64,000 nucleotides of DNA, taken from positions 106,642,001-106,706,000 of the forward strand of contig NC_087437.1 of NCBI RefSeq assembly GCF_036321535.1. Direction: 5' to 3'. Every line of letters starts with the position of its first letter. The first letter of the stretch is position 1. This DNA comes from Camelus dromedarius (taxonomy: Eukaryota). The notes under the pieces are model-generated. The model had not been told where the DNA came from. It did no database searches and saw nothing but the letters and a program-made list of their open reading frames with translations. Below, one piece after another: positions 50,301 to 63,584 of the stretch. The translations under genes and the position numbers were made by a program.

Positions 50301-53300
50301 AGTGAACAGTCCTCGGTGTGGATACTGTGAGTTACTTATCACATATACTCCTAGAAGGGGACTTTGTAGATATAAGAAAATACACAAATAAAATTTTGAA
50401 AAGTATCAAAAAATTGTACTTCAAAAAGTCTGTTCCAATTTACTGTTCCAAAGACTAGAGTCTGTTTCCCTATATTCACCCTTGTCAAAATGGAATATTA
50501 TCCTGCTTTTTCATTTTTGACTGTAAGTTAAAAATATTAACTCATTATTTAAAAAATTTGCATATTTCAAATTACAATGGAGCTTCAGCATTTTATAAAA
50601 ATACTCCGTAGACACATATTTCTTTGTGAATTCGTCTATTTTTAGTAAGCTTTTTTTCACTTTTTATTAATTTCTAGGGGCCATTTACATTGGTTATTAA
50701 TACTTATCTATTACAAATGTTGAAAATATTTTCCCCCAGTTGGTATCTCATCTTTCAATTTTATAAGCTTTACATTATTCAAAATATTTGAGTTTTTATA
50801 TAGCCAAATCTTTTAACTTTATGGCTTTTGTTGTCTTTGCTTATGAGAGAATTTCCCCCTTTAAGACATAAAGTTCTATATTTTTTCTAATACTTATATC
50901 ATTTTTAATGCTTTTAATGTTTCATTGAGCTTAGTTTTTAATCTGTCTGTAAAAGATTAGCCCATTATTCCAACAGTATGTATTGAATTATTTTCTCTCC
51001 TGATTTGAAATATCACCTGCTTTATCTTTTCATATTGATCTCTTTATCTATTCTTGGACCAATGCCACGCTATTTTTCATATTTAGAATGGTTGTGTAAG
51101 GTCCCCCTCATCATTCTGTTTTTCCAGGTTTTACTATCTGTGTCATTTCATTTATTTTGTAAAACAGCCTTTTAGAATTCTGATTGGGAATTATATCAAA
51201 TTCATATATAAACTTGGACAGATCTGATATTTTTAATATTGAGTCTTTCCATCCAGAACCTTGGTTACCCTTCTGTTAATTTAGAGCTTCTTTTTCTTTC
51301 TTCAGCAAAATTTTACAACATTCTCCATAAATGTATTATATATCTCTTCTTGGACTTAATTATAATATGTAATGTTTTTCTTTGCTATTATAATAGAATC
51401 TTTAAGTACATTCTAATTAGTTATTTTAGGTATAAAAAAAGCTACTATTAATTCTCATATGTTGATCATGTATTCACCTAACTAAATCCTTTGTCCTAAA
51501 AATTTATTAGTAGAATCTTTCAAGTATTCTAGATGGACACTCACATTGTTTGATAATAATAGTTGTTCTGGCTTTTTGCCCAATATTTATACTTAATTTT
51601 TTATTATAATAAAGTTTTTTTCCAGTAAAAACACATTTTTCCTGTAATAGGTATTTATTGAGTTCAGAGTGTCTCTTTTGTGGTGTTAACTTCCATAAAT
51701 GCTTAGTGTTTCTTGTTTGCTCTTATTTATGGTTGAGGTTCTAGATGGAACAGTTCGTTGCTTTCGGGTGTATCTTCTCAGCCCAGATGAGCATCCCTGT
51801 TTGTCTGGCCACTGATGCAAACTCTAATTACCTCTGGTGTGTCTACGGGAGAAGAGGACCAAAGGGAGGCTGGGAAAGTGTGAAGGAGGCTGGACTTCTG
51901 GGAATGAGGCTGCTGGTACCTCCTGGCAGGAGGGAACTGTCCCTTTCTTCTGCTCAGTAGCCACCCTGGTCGTCTCACACGTCAGAGTTCTTAGGAGGGC
52001 CAGTCGTAGCTCTAAGCTGGGGACAAACGCAATAGACGGGGGAGTGCGAGCTGCTGCCTTATCTGTGCCACTCTTCAGTGAATTACCTCGTACACTGGCA
52101 CACTGTCCTCCCTGCCTCCACTGCCTCTGACTGCGGCGTTATTCTGGAGTTCTCCAGGAAAGAGCACCACTGGGGGATGTTTTATGTGTCTACCGAGAGT
52201 GGTTCCTCAGCTCTTCTGGGTAATTTTGCCAGTCTATTTTCTGTTGCTCTGTTACTTCTAGAAATCTCTTATTTTTCTAGCCTGCTGTTAAACCTTATTT
52301 CCAATGTGGTTATGAATTTGCTAACTTGATTTATGGAAGGAATTTCCATTTTGGATTGTATTTATGTTAGATCCTTTTGGATTAATTCTTATCCTTGATT
52401 AGGAGTGGTGCCATCCAGGCTGCTAATTTGCTTGAGAAGCACATGGAGAGGGGGTGGGAAGTGACTGGGAGCTGCGCCTGATTCAATATTGAAGATAATA
52501 AAAGAAATTTTCTTGCTCTAATAAGGCTCATTATATAACATATAGAAAATACAGAAAAAAAAGGAAGAAAAACATTCATAATCCCATCATGACAATTACT
52601 GTTAATATTTAGACATACTAAACTTCAGTCTGTCTCTGGTGCATATTTTAACACTCTTATGATTATATTCTCTATAGCATTTTGTATTTATTTTTTAACC
52701 TATGTCTTAACATATGTTTCCTATATTATTAAGAACACTCAAGATTAAATCTTTACTTTAATAACATCATGGGATAGAATCAAATGGATCCTCCAAGGGT
52801 AATAGTTCTCTGTGTTGGGCCATTTGGGTTAATTTGGTATTTGGCTCTTTTATTTGTAAGAAGGAAATTGTGTTTATATATACTTATTATTTAATTTTTG
52901 AGATAAAATTTATAGTGAATGTACCGATCCTAAGAGAATAATTTGATGAGTTCTGATAAATGTTTACATTCAAGTACCCTTAATCCCAACCAGGTATAGA
53001 ATATTTACTTGACTCATTTTAATAATGCAGTGATGATTGCCTATAAGAAGCTTCCCTATATTTGGATAATTTACTTAGATTCTGCTCCTGGAAGTGAAAT
53101 AATGTGGCCTTATTTTATGAAAATTTTAATGGACATTTTACCCAAATGCTTTCCAAAAGGTGGGTTCATATCCGTTCCCACCTGGCCGTGGAGGGTGCCA
53201 ACATTATTCAGCACTTTCTCTGCGATTCCTTTGACACGTTTCGATGAGCCCCCAGCAGGAGAGCTCCACCGTTTCTTTCTGAAAATAAATTGTGACTCTA

Positions 53301-53689
53301 TCATGATACTACCCACTCCCGTCCGATCATGGCTCTGTGTGCATATGTGTGCATATATATGTATAAAAAATTGCTATTTCTGCTTCCAGTGGCTTTATGA
53401 CACTCCACACGGGCAACCCTCCCTGTCGCCTGGCAGTGGTTATCAGTGTCACCACTTCTTCATGCCAGCGTCTTCCTGATGGAGCCAGGTCTCAGCTCTT
53501 CTCTCTTCTTTCAAAGAGACACGGTGCTTCTAATCACGTAGGCTCTGAAACTCATCAGCCCCGGTTAACTTTGCTCTTGCTCCAACTGATGCCAGCTCCT
53601 GTCCATTCTGCTTTCTGACCCCTTTGCCTCCTTCCATTTCCATTCTCATGGCCTTGTGTTGACCCTTCACAACCACTTATTAAGCAGTT

Positions 53690-54315
53690 GCAGTCAGTTC
53701 CTTTCTCCCTAACAAAACTGTCTGAGACATGGCTGCCCAATCAGTCATCCCAAAGCGCTTGACAATGCTGCACCACTGCTCAAAATATCTTCAAGAGTCT
53801 CCACTCAAAATCTTCTCCTGGCATTTCAGGCCTTCCACAGTCTTCCAGCTTTATTTCGCTCTATTTTTTTTTTCGTGATGTCTGTATTCCAGCCAGACTA
53901 AACCAGTTGTTATCCTCACACAACTTTTTTTTATTGTTCTCTGCTTTATTCAAGTTCTTGCCTTTTCTGGAGTGCTTTTTATTCCTCCATGATTTAAATA
54001 TCCAAATTTCATCTTTCCATCTTTCCTTCAAAATCCAGTTTAAATGTCATTTCCAGTTAAAATGTCATTTCTTTCACACTATTTTTTCTGTTAATCCCCA
54101 TAAAAATACTCTCTCCTTTCTGAATCATTATAGTACTTTATTATTACATTTCTGTTTTATGAATTGTTTTCAATCTGGAATTATAACAATTCATTGACTG
54201 TATTAATATTTTTATTTTGATAGAAATTTCCTTAAGGGCAAGTTTCAGGGTTTTAAAATTTTCATATATGTTTTCAATGCCTTGTGCAATAACAGAAGCT
54301 CAGGAGATAAATGTT
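53690..54315 (+). mobile_element. L2 3' region (tail resumes at 57520)
   Basis: CTCCTGGCATTTCAGGCCTTCCAC...TCCTTCAAAATCCAGTTTAAATGTCA...TGCCTTGTGCAATAACAGAAGCTC. Confidence 0.7.
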
Positions 54316-54397
54316 AACTTTTCCAGGTTTGCTGAGGTGTAACTGACAAATGAAATTATAATATATTTAAAGTATACAATATGGTGATTTGATATAC

Positions 54398-54807
54398 TAT
54401 TGGAGGAGATCATCTAGAGGGTATGACAGCTGGTTTACCTGTGAGCTGGACCTGGCAATCAGAGGCTCCTTACCTCCTCCCTGAGTCTTTGGAAGGTACA
54501 TCCATCTACTGTTCCCACAGTAGGAATCGTTCTCAAGGGCAGCCTTGAGAAAGCAAGGTGTTGAGACCATCTGGACTGTGTATGTGACTGAACCCCATTA
54601 AGGCCTCTGTGTAAACTTTTAAGATTCTGGCTAAAGGGTGTGGAGATATGTTCTTCTTGTAGCCGCCCAAGACAAGTCTTGTATGTAAGTACTCTTACTT
54701 GTTAAAACTGCCACCTGCTAATCTGGGAGCGGTCTCCCTCTTTCTTTGGTCTCTCCTTGCCCTCTGTGTATTGATGAGTGGGGGAGCTCTAAGTTTGGGA
54801 ACCAACA
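54398..54807 (+). mobile_element. Solo LTR family A, copy 3
   Basis: Homologous to 2249-2671; ends AACCAACA; TSD TATAC at 54393-54397 and 54808-54812. Confidence 0.88.
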
Positions 54808-54932
54808 TATACATATGCATTGTGAGAGGGTTCCCACCATTGAGTTAACTAACTCATCCGTCACCTTGCATTTTTACCTTTTTTGAGGGGTGAGAATACT
54901 TAAGTACCTAGGTTTTACGCTCAGCTAATTTC

Positions 54933-55417
54933 TTTTTTTTTTTTAACAATTTTTTTATTGAGTTATAGTCATTTTACAATGTTGTGTCAATTTCCAGTGT
55001 AGAACACAATTTTTCAGTTATACATGAACATACATATATTCATTGTCACATTTTTTTTCGCTGTGAGCTACCATAAGATCTTGTATATATTTCCTTGTGA
55101 TATACAGTATAATCTTGTTTATCTGTTCTACATTTTGAAATCCCAATCTGTCCCTTCCCACTCCCCGCCCCCTTGGCAACCACAAGTTTGTATTCTATGT
55201 CTATGAGTCTGTTTCTGTTTTGTATTTATCAATTTTTTTTTTTAGATTCCACACATGAGCGATCTCATATGGTATTTTTCTTTCTCTTTCTGGCTTACTT
55301 CACTTAGAATGACATTCTCCAGGAACATCCATGTTGCTGCACATGGTGTTATGTTGTCGGTTTTTATGGCTGAATAGTATTCCATTGTGTAAATATACCA
55401 CATCTTCTTTATCCATT
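54933..55417 (-). mobile_element. Young 5'-truncated L1 (same 3' UTR type as 32300)
   Basis: Poly-T tail; perfect 12-bp TSD TCAGCTAATTTC at 54921-54932 and 55418-55429. Confidence 0.93.
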
Positions 55418-55909
55418 TCAGCTAATTTCAATTACACAAAATAGTATTATTAACTATAGTCATCATGTTGTATATTAGATACTCAGACCTTATCATATAA
55501 CTGAAAGTTTGTACCCTTTTACCAGCCTCTCCCTATTTCCCCCACACCCCAACCCCTGGCAACCACCTTTCTACTCTGCTTCTGTGAGTTCAACTGTTTT
55601 TTTTTTTAGATTCCAAATAAAAGTGACAACATATGGTATTTGTCTTTCTCTGTCTGGCTTATTTCACTTAGCATAATGCCTTCCAGATTCATTCATGTTG
55701 TTGCAAGTGTTTTCTTTTTAAGGCTGAATAGTATTCCATTGTGTCTATATCTGTATCTATATCTGTATCTATCACATTTTCTTTATCTGTTCATCTGTCA
55801 AAGGATGCTTAAATTGTTTCCATAATTTATCTATTGTGAAAAATGCCACAATGAACATAGGAAAACAGATATCTCTTTGAGATGGTGATTTCTGTTTCCT
55901 TTGGATATT

Positions 55910-56391
55910 CAGAAACACCTTAATAATATTGCAGCTTTAGTTCCAGACCACCAAAATAAAGTGAACATCACAATAAAGATAGTTAACGTGAATTTTTTGG
56001 TGTTCCAGTGCATATAAGAGTTATGTTACATTATACTGTAACCTGTTAAGTGTGTGATAGCATTATGTCTAAAAAATGTACATACCTTAATTAAAAACTA
56101 CTTTATTGCTAAAAATATGCTAACCATCATCTGAGCTTTCTGCAAGCTATAGTAGTGACATCAAAGATAGCTGATCACAGATCATCATAACAAATAAAAC
56201 AATGATGAAAAAGCTTGAACTACTGAAGGAATTACCAACGTGTGACACAGACACGGAATGAGCCAATGCTGTTGGGGAAATGGCACCAACAGACTTGCTG
56301 GATGCAAGATTGCCACAAACCTTCAGTTTGTGAAAAACACAGTATCTGGGAAGCACAGTGAAGAGAAGTGCAGTGAAACGAGGTCTGCGTG
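55910..56391 (-). mobile_element. Tigger1 internal-deletion derivative (Tigger1a-like)
   Basis: Both Tigger1 ends present: GTTCCAGACCACCAAAATAAAG... and ...GCCACAAACCTTCAGTTTGTG...AAACGAGGTCTGCGTG followed by TA. Confidence 0.9.
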
Positions 56392-56748
56392 TATACCCAG
56401 GAGTGGGGTTACTGGGTCACATGGCAGACCTGCTTTTAACTTGTTGAGAAATGTCCATGCTGTTTTCCGTAGTGGCTGCACCAATTTACACTCCCACCGT
56501 GTGTGCTCAAGAGTCCCCTTTCTGTACCTTCTCATCAACACTTGTTCTTTCTTGTCTGTTTGATAACAGAAATCCTAACAGGTGTGAGGTGATATCTTAC
56601 TGTGGTTTTGATTTGCATTTCCCTGGGGCAGGCTGGACCCTCAGGCAGGAACTGGGAAAGGGAGCTGGCAGTCTCCTTCCTGGGAGAAACTGGGAGATGG
56701 GCACTTTTGCCTGCTCCCTTCCCACTGAGTCCGGGTGTAGAGCTGCAG

Positions 56749-56775
56749 GGTGTGTGTGTGTGTGTGTGTGTGTGT
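56749..56775. repeat. (TG)n microsatellite
   Basis: About 12 uninterrupted TG units. Confidence 0.9.
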
Positions 56776-59700
56776 TTGCGCTCCGGCACCTGTTGAACAA
56801 CTGCTGTAGTCCTGTGGGACTTGTGAATGCCAACCCTGTTGGCCATCAGAGCTGGGTCATTTTGAGGCTTTAGGTGGCAGCTGTAAAACTTGGAGCACTA
56901 GGTATGTGGACATAGACCTTCCAGGCAGATACTGGACACTTGTTTTTATTGTTGGGATGAGCCAGAGCGGGGAGGCAGGAAGTACCCACCAGCTCATTCG
57001 GGCTCTGGGGAGGATCGAAGTCATCACTGAAATGCGTACTCATTAGAAGCCAGACTCTCCAGCAGCAGCTTGTAAAGTAAGCAAACGCTCTCTCCGCACT
57101 GCGTTGAGTTCACATGTGCTCGGTTAACAACCTTTTCTTTGTTTGCTACAGTCCTGTGGGACTTGTGAACAGAAGCCCCACTGGCTATCAGAGCTAAGGA
57201 CTTGGGGGCAGTCTCTCTGGGGGAGTCTTAAAGGTTGGGGAGCCGGATGTGGGGTCCAAACCCCTCTTTCTTCAGGGAGATGCTGGGAGTTTGGAGGATT
57301 GTGTGTTGCTGTGCCGGGCAAATGATGGCACGAATGTGTATCAGCCTTTCCTATCTCTTTTGATGGATTTTCTCAGTCATCTGATGTGTAGCAGGCCCTT
57401 GTCTAGTTCCTGAATCTCTTAGAGGGAATCGCTCTGTGTGTGGCTGTACATTTGGTGCATCTGTGGGAGAAGGGAAAATCAGGCACCTCCTAGGTCACCA
57501 CCTGGGTCTGGAATAGTAAATAAATGTTTGAGCAAGTGAGCCATAGTGGGGAGAGGAATTAGGATTTGGACCAAAAGATGTAACTTATTTAAATTTATCA
57601 GGAAATCAACATCAATCTAGCATTTGTCCTTTTAGGAAAGGAGTTACCATTTGAGACAAATAGCAAGCTGTTTAAGAAGTTCACACTGTGGGATATTCCG
57701 GTTTGACTTCCAAATCACCTCTGGGCCAAGACAGTAGGGATGGTTTAGAGCTCAAAATAGAAACACATGGGTCAGTGGAGAGGTATATCTTCTAGAATTG
57801 CTGCAAACATACAGGAAAATGGAACTAGCATCAGCCTGTCGTATTTCAGCCTAAAGGCAAACTTTCTGTTGCTTTAACCTCTATTGACCTAGGATAGCCA
57901 TATTATGTAAATATTTATTAAAATATCTTAGAGCTCTATCTCTTCATCTGCTAATATGGTAGATATTAAGGGTAGGGTCCCTGTTCAACCCTGGTCTAAT
58001 ATTTACTAAACTTAGTTGTGTGTGTGTGTGTATATACTTAGAATCTTATATAATCATCTCCACAACACTTTTAATGTAGTTTTTGTTTATTTATTTATAA
58101 GCTTCCTCCTTATTCCCTTCCACAATCAGAATTAAAATATACAAAGCTCTCACTGCGCGAGATTCGACCATTATGTTACTAGCTTTTCTCTGATGTTGTT
58201 CCAGTATGTCAACACCCTATAGTAGACTGGCATTGTTTTGCTACCCTACTTACTATCAAAGAAATGAAACAAATGCCCCACCCACCCCGCCCAAGCAAAT
58301 AATCTAACTCATTACTCCTCAATAGCGTTTCCAAGGTGGAAATTTTATTAATTTTAAGAGCTGGAGCATAAAGGGGAGATGCACTGAGTATATATCGGGG
58401 GGACGGTGGAGGTGTGCAGCTGCTCCCATCTTCTGCTCAACCCTCCCTCTCCACCTGCACCATCCATCTGAATAAATTAGCCTCCCCGAGAGGGACGTGA
58501 CAGCAAAGAGCACACCTGCAGTGTAGTGTCACTGCACCGCTTAGTGATGGGTTGCTAGGGGAGCAGGTTTTAGAAACCAGGGGAGGAGAATTGTCAAGGC
58601 TTGGCTCCCTGTGAAATCCGCCTGTCAGAACAGATGATGCATTTGGATATAACACGCTCTGAGGATCTGCTTCTGGCACTTCTTCTTCCCCGTTTTCAAG
58701 GCTTTCGGAATTTTGCTGCAACTCATCCTTTTAAGAGGTTTTCTCTCACACGTTTCTGCACTGAACATTCATCCTGAGCGGGGAGAGCTTATGTCAAAGT
58801 GTCTGCTCAGGACTGATTCGTTTAGAACCAGGCCAGTTTGGACAGCCAGCCTCTCTAGAACCTTCCCTCACTAGTTTTGAGGACTACATCCTACGTTCCT
58901 CAGTTTGTCTGACATTAGAAGAGCATTTGGCCTTGTTAGACAAGCTTGGGTCAGGCTAGCTCCGAGGACACTTAGCTGTTTCTGGGAGTGGCCTGTGGAA
59001 TCACGTGAATTTTGAAGGTACAGAGAAGGCAAGGAAATGAGATGTGAATGAGACCGTGATGTACTGTCCATGGAACTACCTGGTCTCCTAGAATCTCGGG
59101 GGCCTTTTTGTTTTGAAGAGTGAGTGAGCAAGTGAAATATTCATCCAGAAGGCTTCATTTGCCGACGCCATCGTACTGACTTACAGTGTATATTGCTTCT
59201 AACCTTTAATCTTTACCACTTGAGGAAGTAAATATTATTATCTATTTTATAGGTGATGCACCCTAAGGTCAGGGAATTCACACACGCGATGAGTGATAAG
59301 GTATGGCATCTGAATGAAATCTGGAGCCCTCACTCTGGCCAATCGGTGTTTTTTAGTATCTAATTTACTAAGCAGAAAAAAAAAATCTACCTATAAAGCA
59401 CCTGGCCTTGCCTTCTCTGAAACAGTGGATAGCAAGGAAGCAGGGTGGAGGTGGTTGGCGACAGAATTTGTGCATACAGAAGAAGAGAATATCTTTTTAC
59501 ATCTGGAGTCTCTGATGTAAATAGAGCCGCTTCTTTGATTTTATTTCATACCTAAATGACAGTAGTGAGTGGAATAAATGTCCTAATCCAAGATCTTATC
59601 TCCAATTCCCTGTGGTAAGCTCTAAAACAAAGAGAACTTACGTTTTGCCTTAATAGACTGTGCTATGTATGTACCCAGAGACAGCAAAAGTCCAATTAAA

Positions 59701-61212
59701 AGAGTATTGATTGCTTATAAATTAGTGCCATCCATTCAGAATCAGTGGTCACTGGACTTCTTTCAATGATTTTTATTCTGAGCGCTCTTGGCCCTTATAC
59801 TGTGCTTATTAAATGTTCCACTGTAATTGTATGCCCAATTAATATGGATGATTCCTTCACTATTAATATATAGTTTTCGGATTTTAGTCTAGTTAGCACT
59901 ATTAGTCATTGCAGATGAAAGTCAGTGGAATCTTACAAACTTGAATGCTTTCCCTTACCTGCTTTCAGAGGTAGTTTTTACGTGCCCTCATTCCTTTCAG
60001 CCCAGAGCAGGTAAACATCTTCTGTTAAGCTGAACAGAAAAAAACAGAAATTCTCTGGAATATCAACACAACAGAACAAAAACCCCAAACCAGGAAAATA
60101 AAACAACATAAACTCTATCATAGGGAAGTTATGACTGGATGAATGGAGGGTATAATTTCATCGCCTGTGAGGCAAAACCATGACCAAATGTGCCCTGGGA
60201 TACGGGATACTGTACCTCTGTGAGGGGCTCTCCTGGAGCGTCATGCTAATTAAATCTGAAAGGGGGGCATCTTGGGAAGCGACCAGGTGTCAGGCTGAAG
60301 TCTGGCAGTGGAGTGAGAAGAGTTGGGTAAGCTCAAGGAACACATTTCAGAAGACAGATGTGATCACTGTGTGAGGTTGGGAGAAATTGAACTTCCAGTT
60401 CAGTAGCTGTCCCAGGACTGTGACAGAACCTGTGGCCCATCAAAGTATTTTTGTGACTCAGTCTAATTCTTCAGGCTCCAAGGATTTCATCCCACTTCTT
60501 CTCATTGGTGTCACAGCTAAAGTCCATTAAGGACAAGCAATCAAGCAGATTCTGCCTACTTTGGCACTTCTATTCTGAAGAGAATTGTGTATTTATTTAA
60601 GTAATGTCTGCTTTCTGCATTAAGAGGCTCCCCGATGGCTGGATAGATGGCAGAACTCTAGGAGAGAAGTAGATCCAGCGGAGTCATTCCTAAGGGACCA
60701 GGAGGCTCAGGATTTAATCCCAGATCTGTCACGGATTGGCTGCAGGGTGTTTAACTTCTTTGCGTTTGTTTGTTTTTCTATAAATAAAGTTGTACCAAAT
60801 AGCTATATCCCTTCCAGATCTAAAATTTGTTCTACTAGATCTAGAACAATGCCCTCCAACTGTTTCGCTCTTATACTGCCTAAAAGAATTTTAAAAAGAT
60901 GTGTACCCCCCATATTTTTCAGTCCACGTGTCATGAGTTTAGTTACAAAGGATGTAGTTTCCAACATATTCTATGTTGCATGAGGATTTTTAATGTATTT
61001 TTATCAAAACTGTGGACCTATGGATTTAACTTATTCAGTTTATGGTACATGTTGCCACCTCATCTAATTAACAAAGCCAGTTCTTATTGTCAAATCATTC
61101 AACCAAATCAGACTTATTTTTCATTAGAAACATCTGAGTTTATTTTTTCATTTAAATACATTTATTAACATACATCCTGGTGACAGCCATCTCATTTTAG
61201 AATACTAATTCT

Positions 61213-62254
61213 TTTTTGTTTAATACTTTAATTATTTTGTTTTTTTAAATTGAAGTATAGTCAGTTACAGTGTGTCAATTTCTGGTGTACAGCACAATGT
61301 CCCAGTCATGCATATATATATATTGTTGACTGAAATAAACGCGCAGCCTAAAAGTTGAGAGTTATGTTTTATTTGGCGGGAGGACTCGAGCCGGGATGAC
61401 AGCCTCAAGATCACTCCGAGGAACTGCTCTGAAGAGGTAGGGGAGGAGCTAGGATATATAGACGCTTTACAACAAAGACCAGGTAGTTGGAACAATAAAA
61501 GATTACTTGTTATCTAAAGAAAACCAGGCATCTCAAGTTAAAGAATTTAGTGCTTTTCTATGTATGGGAGGAAGCAAACATTTGGGCTCATTGAATTCAT
61601 TCCTTTGACAAGCACCTAGCTCTCTAGGGCCAGTATCCTGTCCTTTCTTATTCTGAGTCCGCACAGAGTGCACCATTGTGAGTGGCTGCAGAGGCTGGGC
61701 TGCAGGCCTGTCCCCACTGGGGGGTGGCGGCAGCCGCGGATGACTTGGTTTCAGCATTCTTTGTTTACTGATATGGTTGCAGTGTTTTCACTCACATTGC
61801 AGTATTTTCGTTCACTATATGTATATATATATATGCACACACACACACACACATACATATATTCGTTTTCCTATTCTTTTTCATTAAAGGTTATTGCAAA
61901 ATATTGAATATAGTTCCCTGTGCTATACAGAAGTAATTTGTTGTTTTTTTAAATCTGTTTATATATAGTGGCTAACATTTGCAAATCTCAAACTCCCAAA
62001 TTTATCCCTTCCCACCCCCTTCCCCCCAGTAACCATAGGATTGTTTACTATGTCTGCGAGTCTGTTTCTGTTTTGTAGATGAGTTCATTAGTGTCCTCTT
62101 TTTCTCTTTTTTTAGCTTCCACATATGAATGATATTGTATGGTATTCTTCTCTCATGCTGGCTTACTTCACTTAGAATGACTATCTCTAGGTACATCCAT
62201 GTTGCTGCAAATGGCATTATTTTATTCTTTTTTTTTTTTTTCGGCTGAGTAGTA
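61213..62254 (-). mobile_element. Young 5'-truncated L1 3' end, interrupted by an LTR
   Basis: AATTGAAGTATAGTCAGTTACAGTGTGTCAATTTCTGG... ; 15-bp TSD TAGAA(T/C)ACTAATTCT at 61198-61212 and 62255-62269 (1 mismatch). Confidence 0.92.
61324..61816 (-). mobile_element. ERV1-class solo LTR inserted in the L1 (TA)n tract
   Basis: Starts TGTTGACTG; minus-strand AATAAA (TTTATT ~61367); CpG-retaining. Candidate 4-bp TSD ATAT (weak, because it lies inside a TA tract). Confidence 0.8.
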
Positions 62255-62994
62255 TAGAACACTAATTCTAAGATAATTAAATAGATACTCAGAACACTAG
62301 TTAGCTAGCTAGCTAAAGAAGAGCACGTTGCCCTGAGTATTTCTTCATTTGCATGTAAAAGACTGACCCTCAAGAGCAATATGGCCTCCAAGTGTTCTTT
62401 TGTTTGGTGTCAGGCAAGCTAGTAAACTATGGGGCAAGATATCATGATAGGTCTCAGAGTGAGTGAGAGTACGCCTTTCTTTTACAAAGTGAGGGAACAG
62501 TGATTATGAGATAAGAAGTGGAAATGGAGAACTAGCAGCCTGCAGACACAGTATTGGGCAGATTTAGGGGATACAGATGGAAGTTGAGGATCTGGAAATG
62601 GATTCATTTAAAACTACCATGGTGCATACCTGCCGGGAAGCCTTCACGTCCCCCTGCCAAGGAGTATAAAGCCTAGATGTGCAGAGGAGGGGCAGGGAGT
62701 ATGACACCTTCCCTTGTTATTTCATGCCAGCTTATCACTAGGGCCAATATGGCAAAGACTGTCCTTTGTAAAGGTCAGCAACCCTCAGACATGGTGCGTA
62801 CTCCCCTTTGAAGTGAGTTGGCCATTACATGACTTTCTATGATCAAATTTCCAGGTGTGTCATTAGGGCATTGTCACCTTATCAACTGATATTCACTGAG
62901 ACTAATTTATAGGTGCTTATGGGAATATAAGATATAATTTATGCAATCTACAGTTTCAGGTTTTCCAGAAATCAGAATATCGTGAGTCAAAATA

Positions 62995-63110
62995 AGGTAC
63001 TGGTTAAAAGCAATGACTTTGGGATTGTTTGCCCTGAGTTTGAATACTGTCTCTGCAGTTCATTTGTGTGATGCAGGATAGCTTCAGTTTTCTCATATGT
63101 TAAAATGGAG
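62995..63110 (+). mobile_element. MIR SINE fragment
   Basis: TGGTTAAAAGCAATGACTTTGG...CCTGAGTTTGAATACTGTCTCTGC...CTTCAGTTTTCTCAT. Confidence 0.7.
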
Positions 63111-63584
63111 AAAAGGAGTCTATTCTCTTTTCTCCATTTACCCTCTTTCCCAACTCCCACATCTGCTGTTTCATCTTCTCTGCACTGATTAGTTCTTTGG
63201 GAAGGAGATCCCTGCAGACCACATCACTAGGGTTTTTCCATGCAAGTGAGCTGGCTTCCAGTTGTTGCCAAAGACAGAGACTGATATAGATTGGATGGTA
63301 AGAAGAGAGAGGTGATCTGTTTCTTCCTGGCTCTCTTCCTGCTGTGGACCATATTTTATGCAATGGCTAGGTCCCTCAACTATTGCTTCTGTTGATGGTC
63401 CTGGCTTCATACTTCCAAATCTGACCCTCTAACACCTTCCCCACCTCTCATGCCTGTAGGTCTAGGGGTGGTAAAGGATTCCCACTATTTCTGGTCTCCG
63501 ACCATATCATGAGAAAGAATTTTTAGCCATTTGAATTGGATTCTGATTCCTGATGAGATCCTGGATGATGAAATATTGTTGTTC

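Larger units (their letters stand above)
54316..57519 (-). mobile_element. L1MA9-like element with 5' UTR joined directly to ORF2 3' end (spliced or internally deleted)
   Basis: 3' UTR 54316-~55800, ORF2 end to 56622, L1 5'-UTR-like sequence 56623-57515 with internal monomer-like repeats (~56803 and ~57144). Candidate TSD ATAAATGTT at 54307-54315 and 57520-57528. Confidence 0.72.

Noticed and set aside
2249..54807. LTR copies 1 and 3 (same strand) as the ends of one giant provirus
   Set aside because: Each has its own distinct TSD and no gag/pol lies between them.
58401..58465. Imperfect inverted repeat GGACGGTGGAGGTG / CACCTGCACCATCC
   Set aside because: Only 12/14 pairing with a large loop; insufficient for a pre-miRNA or MITE call.
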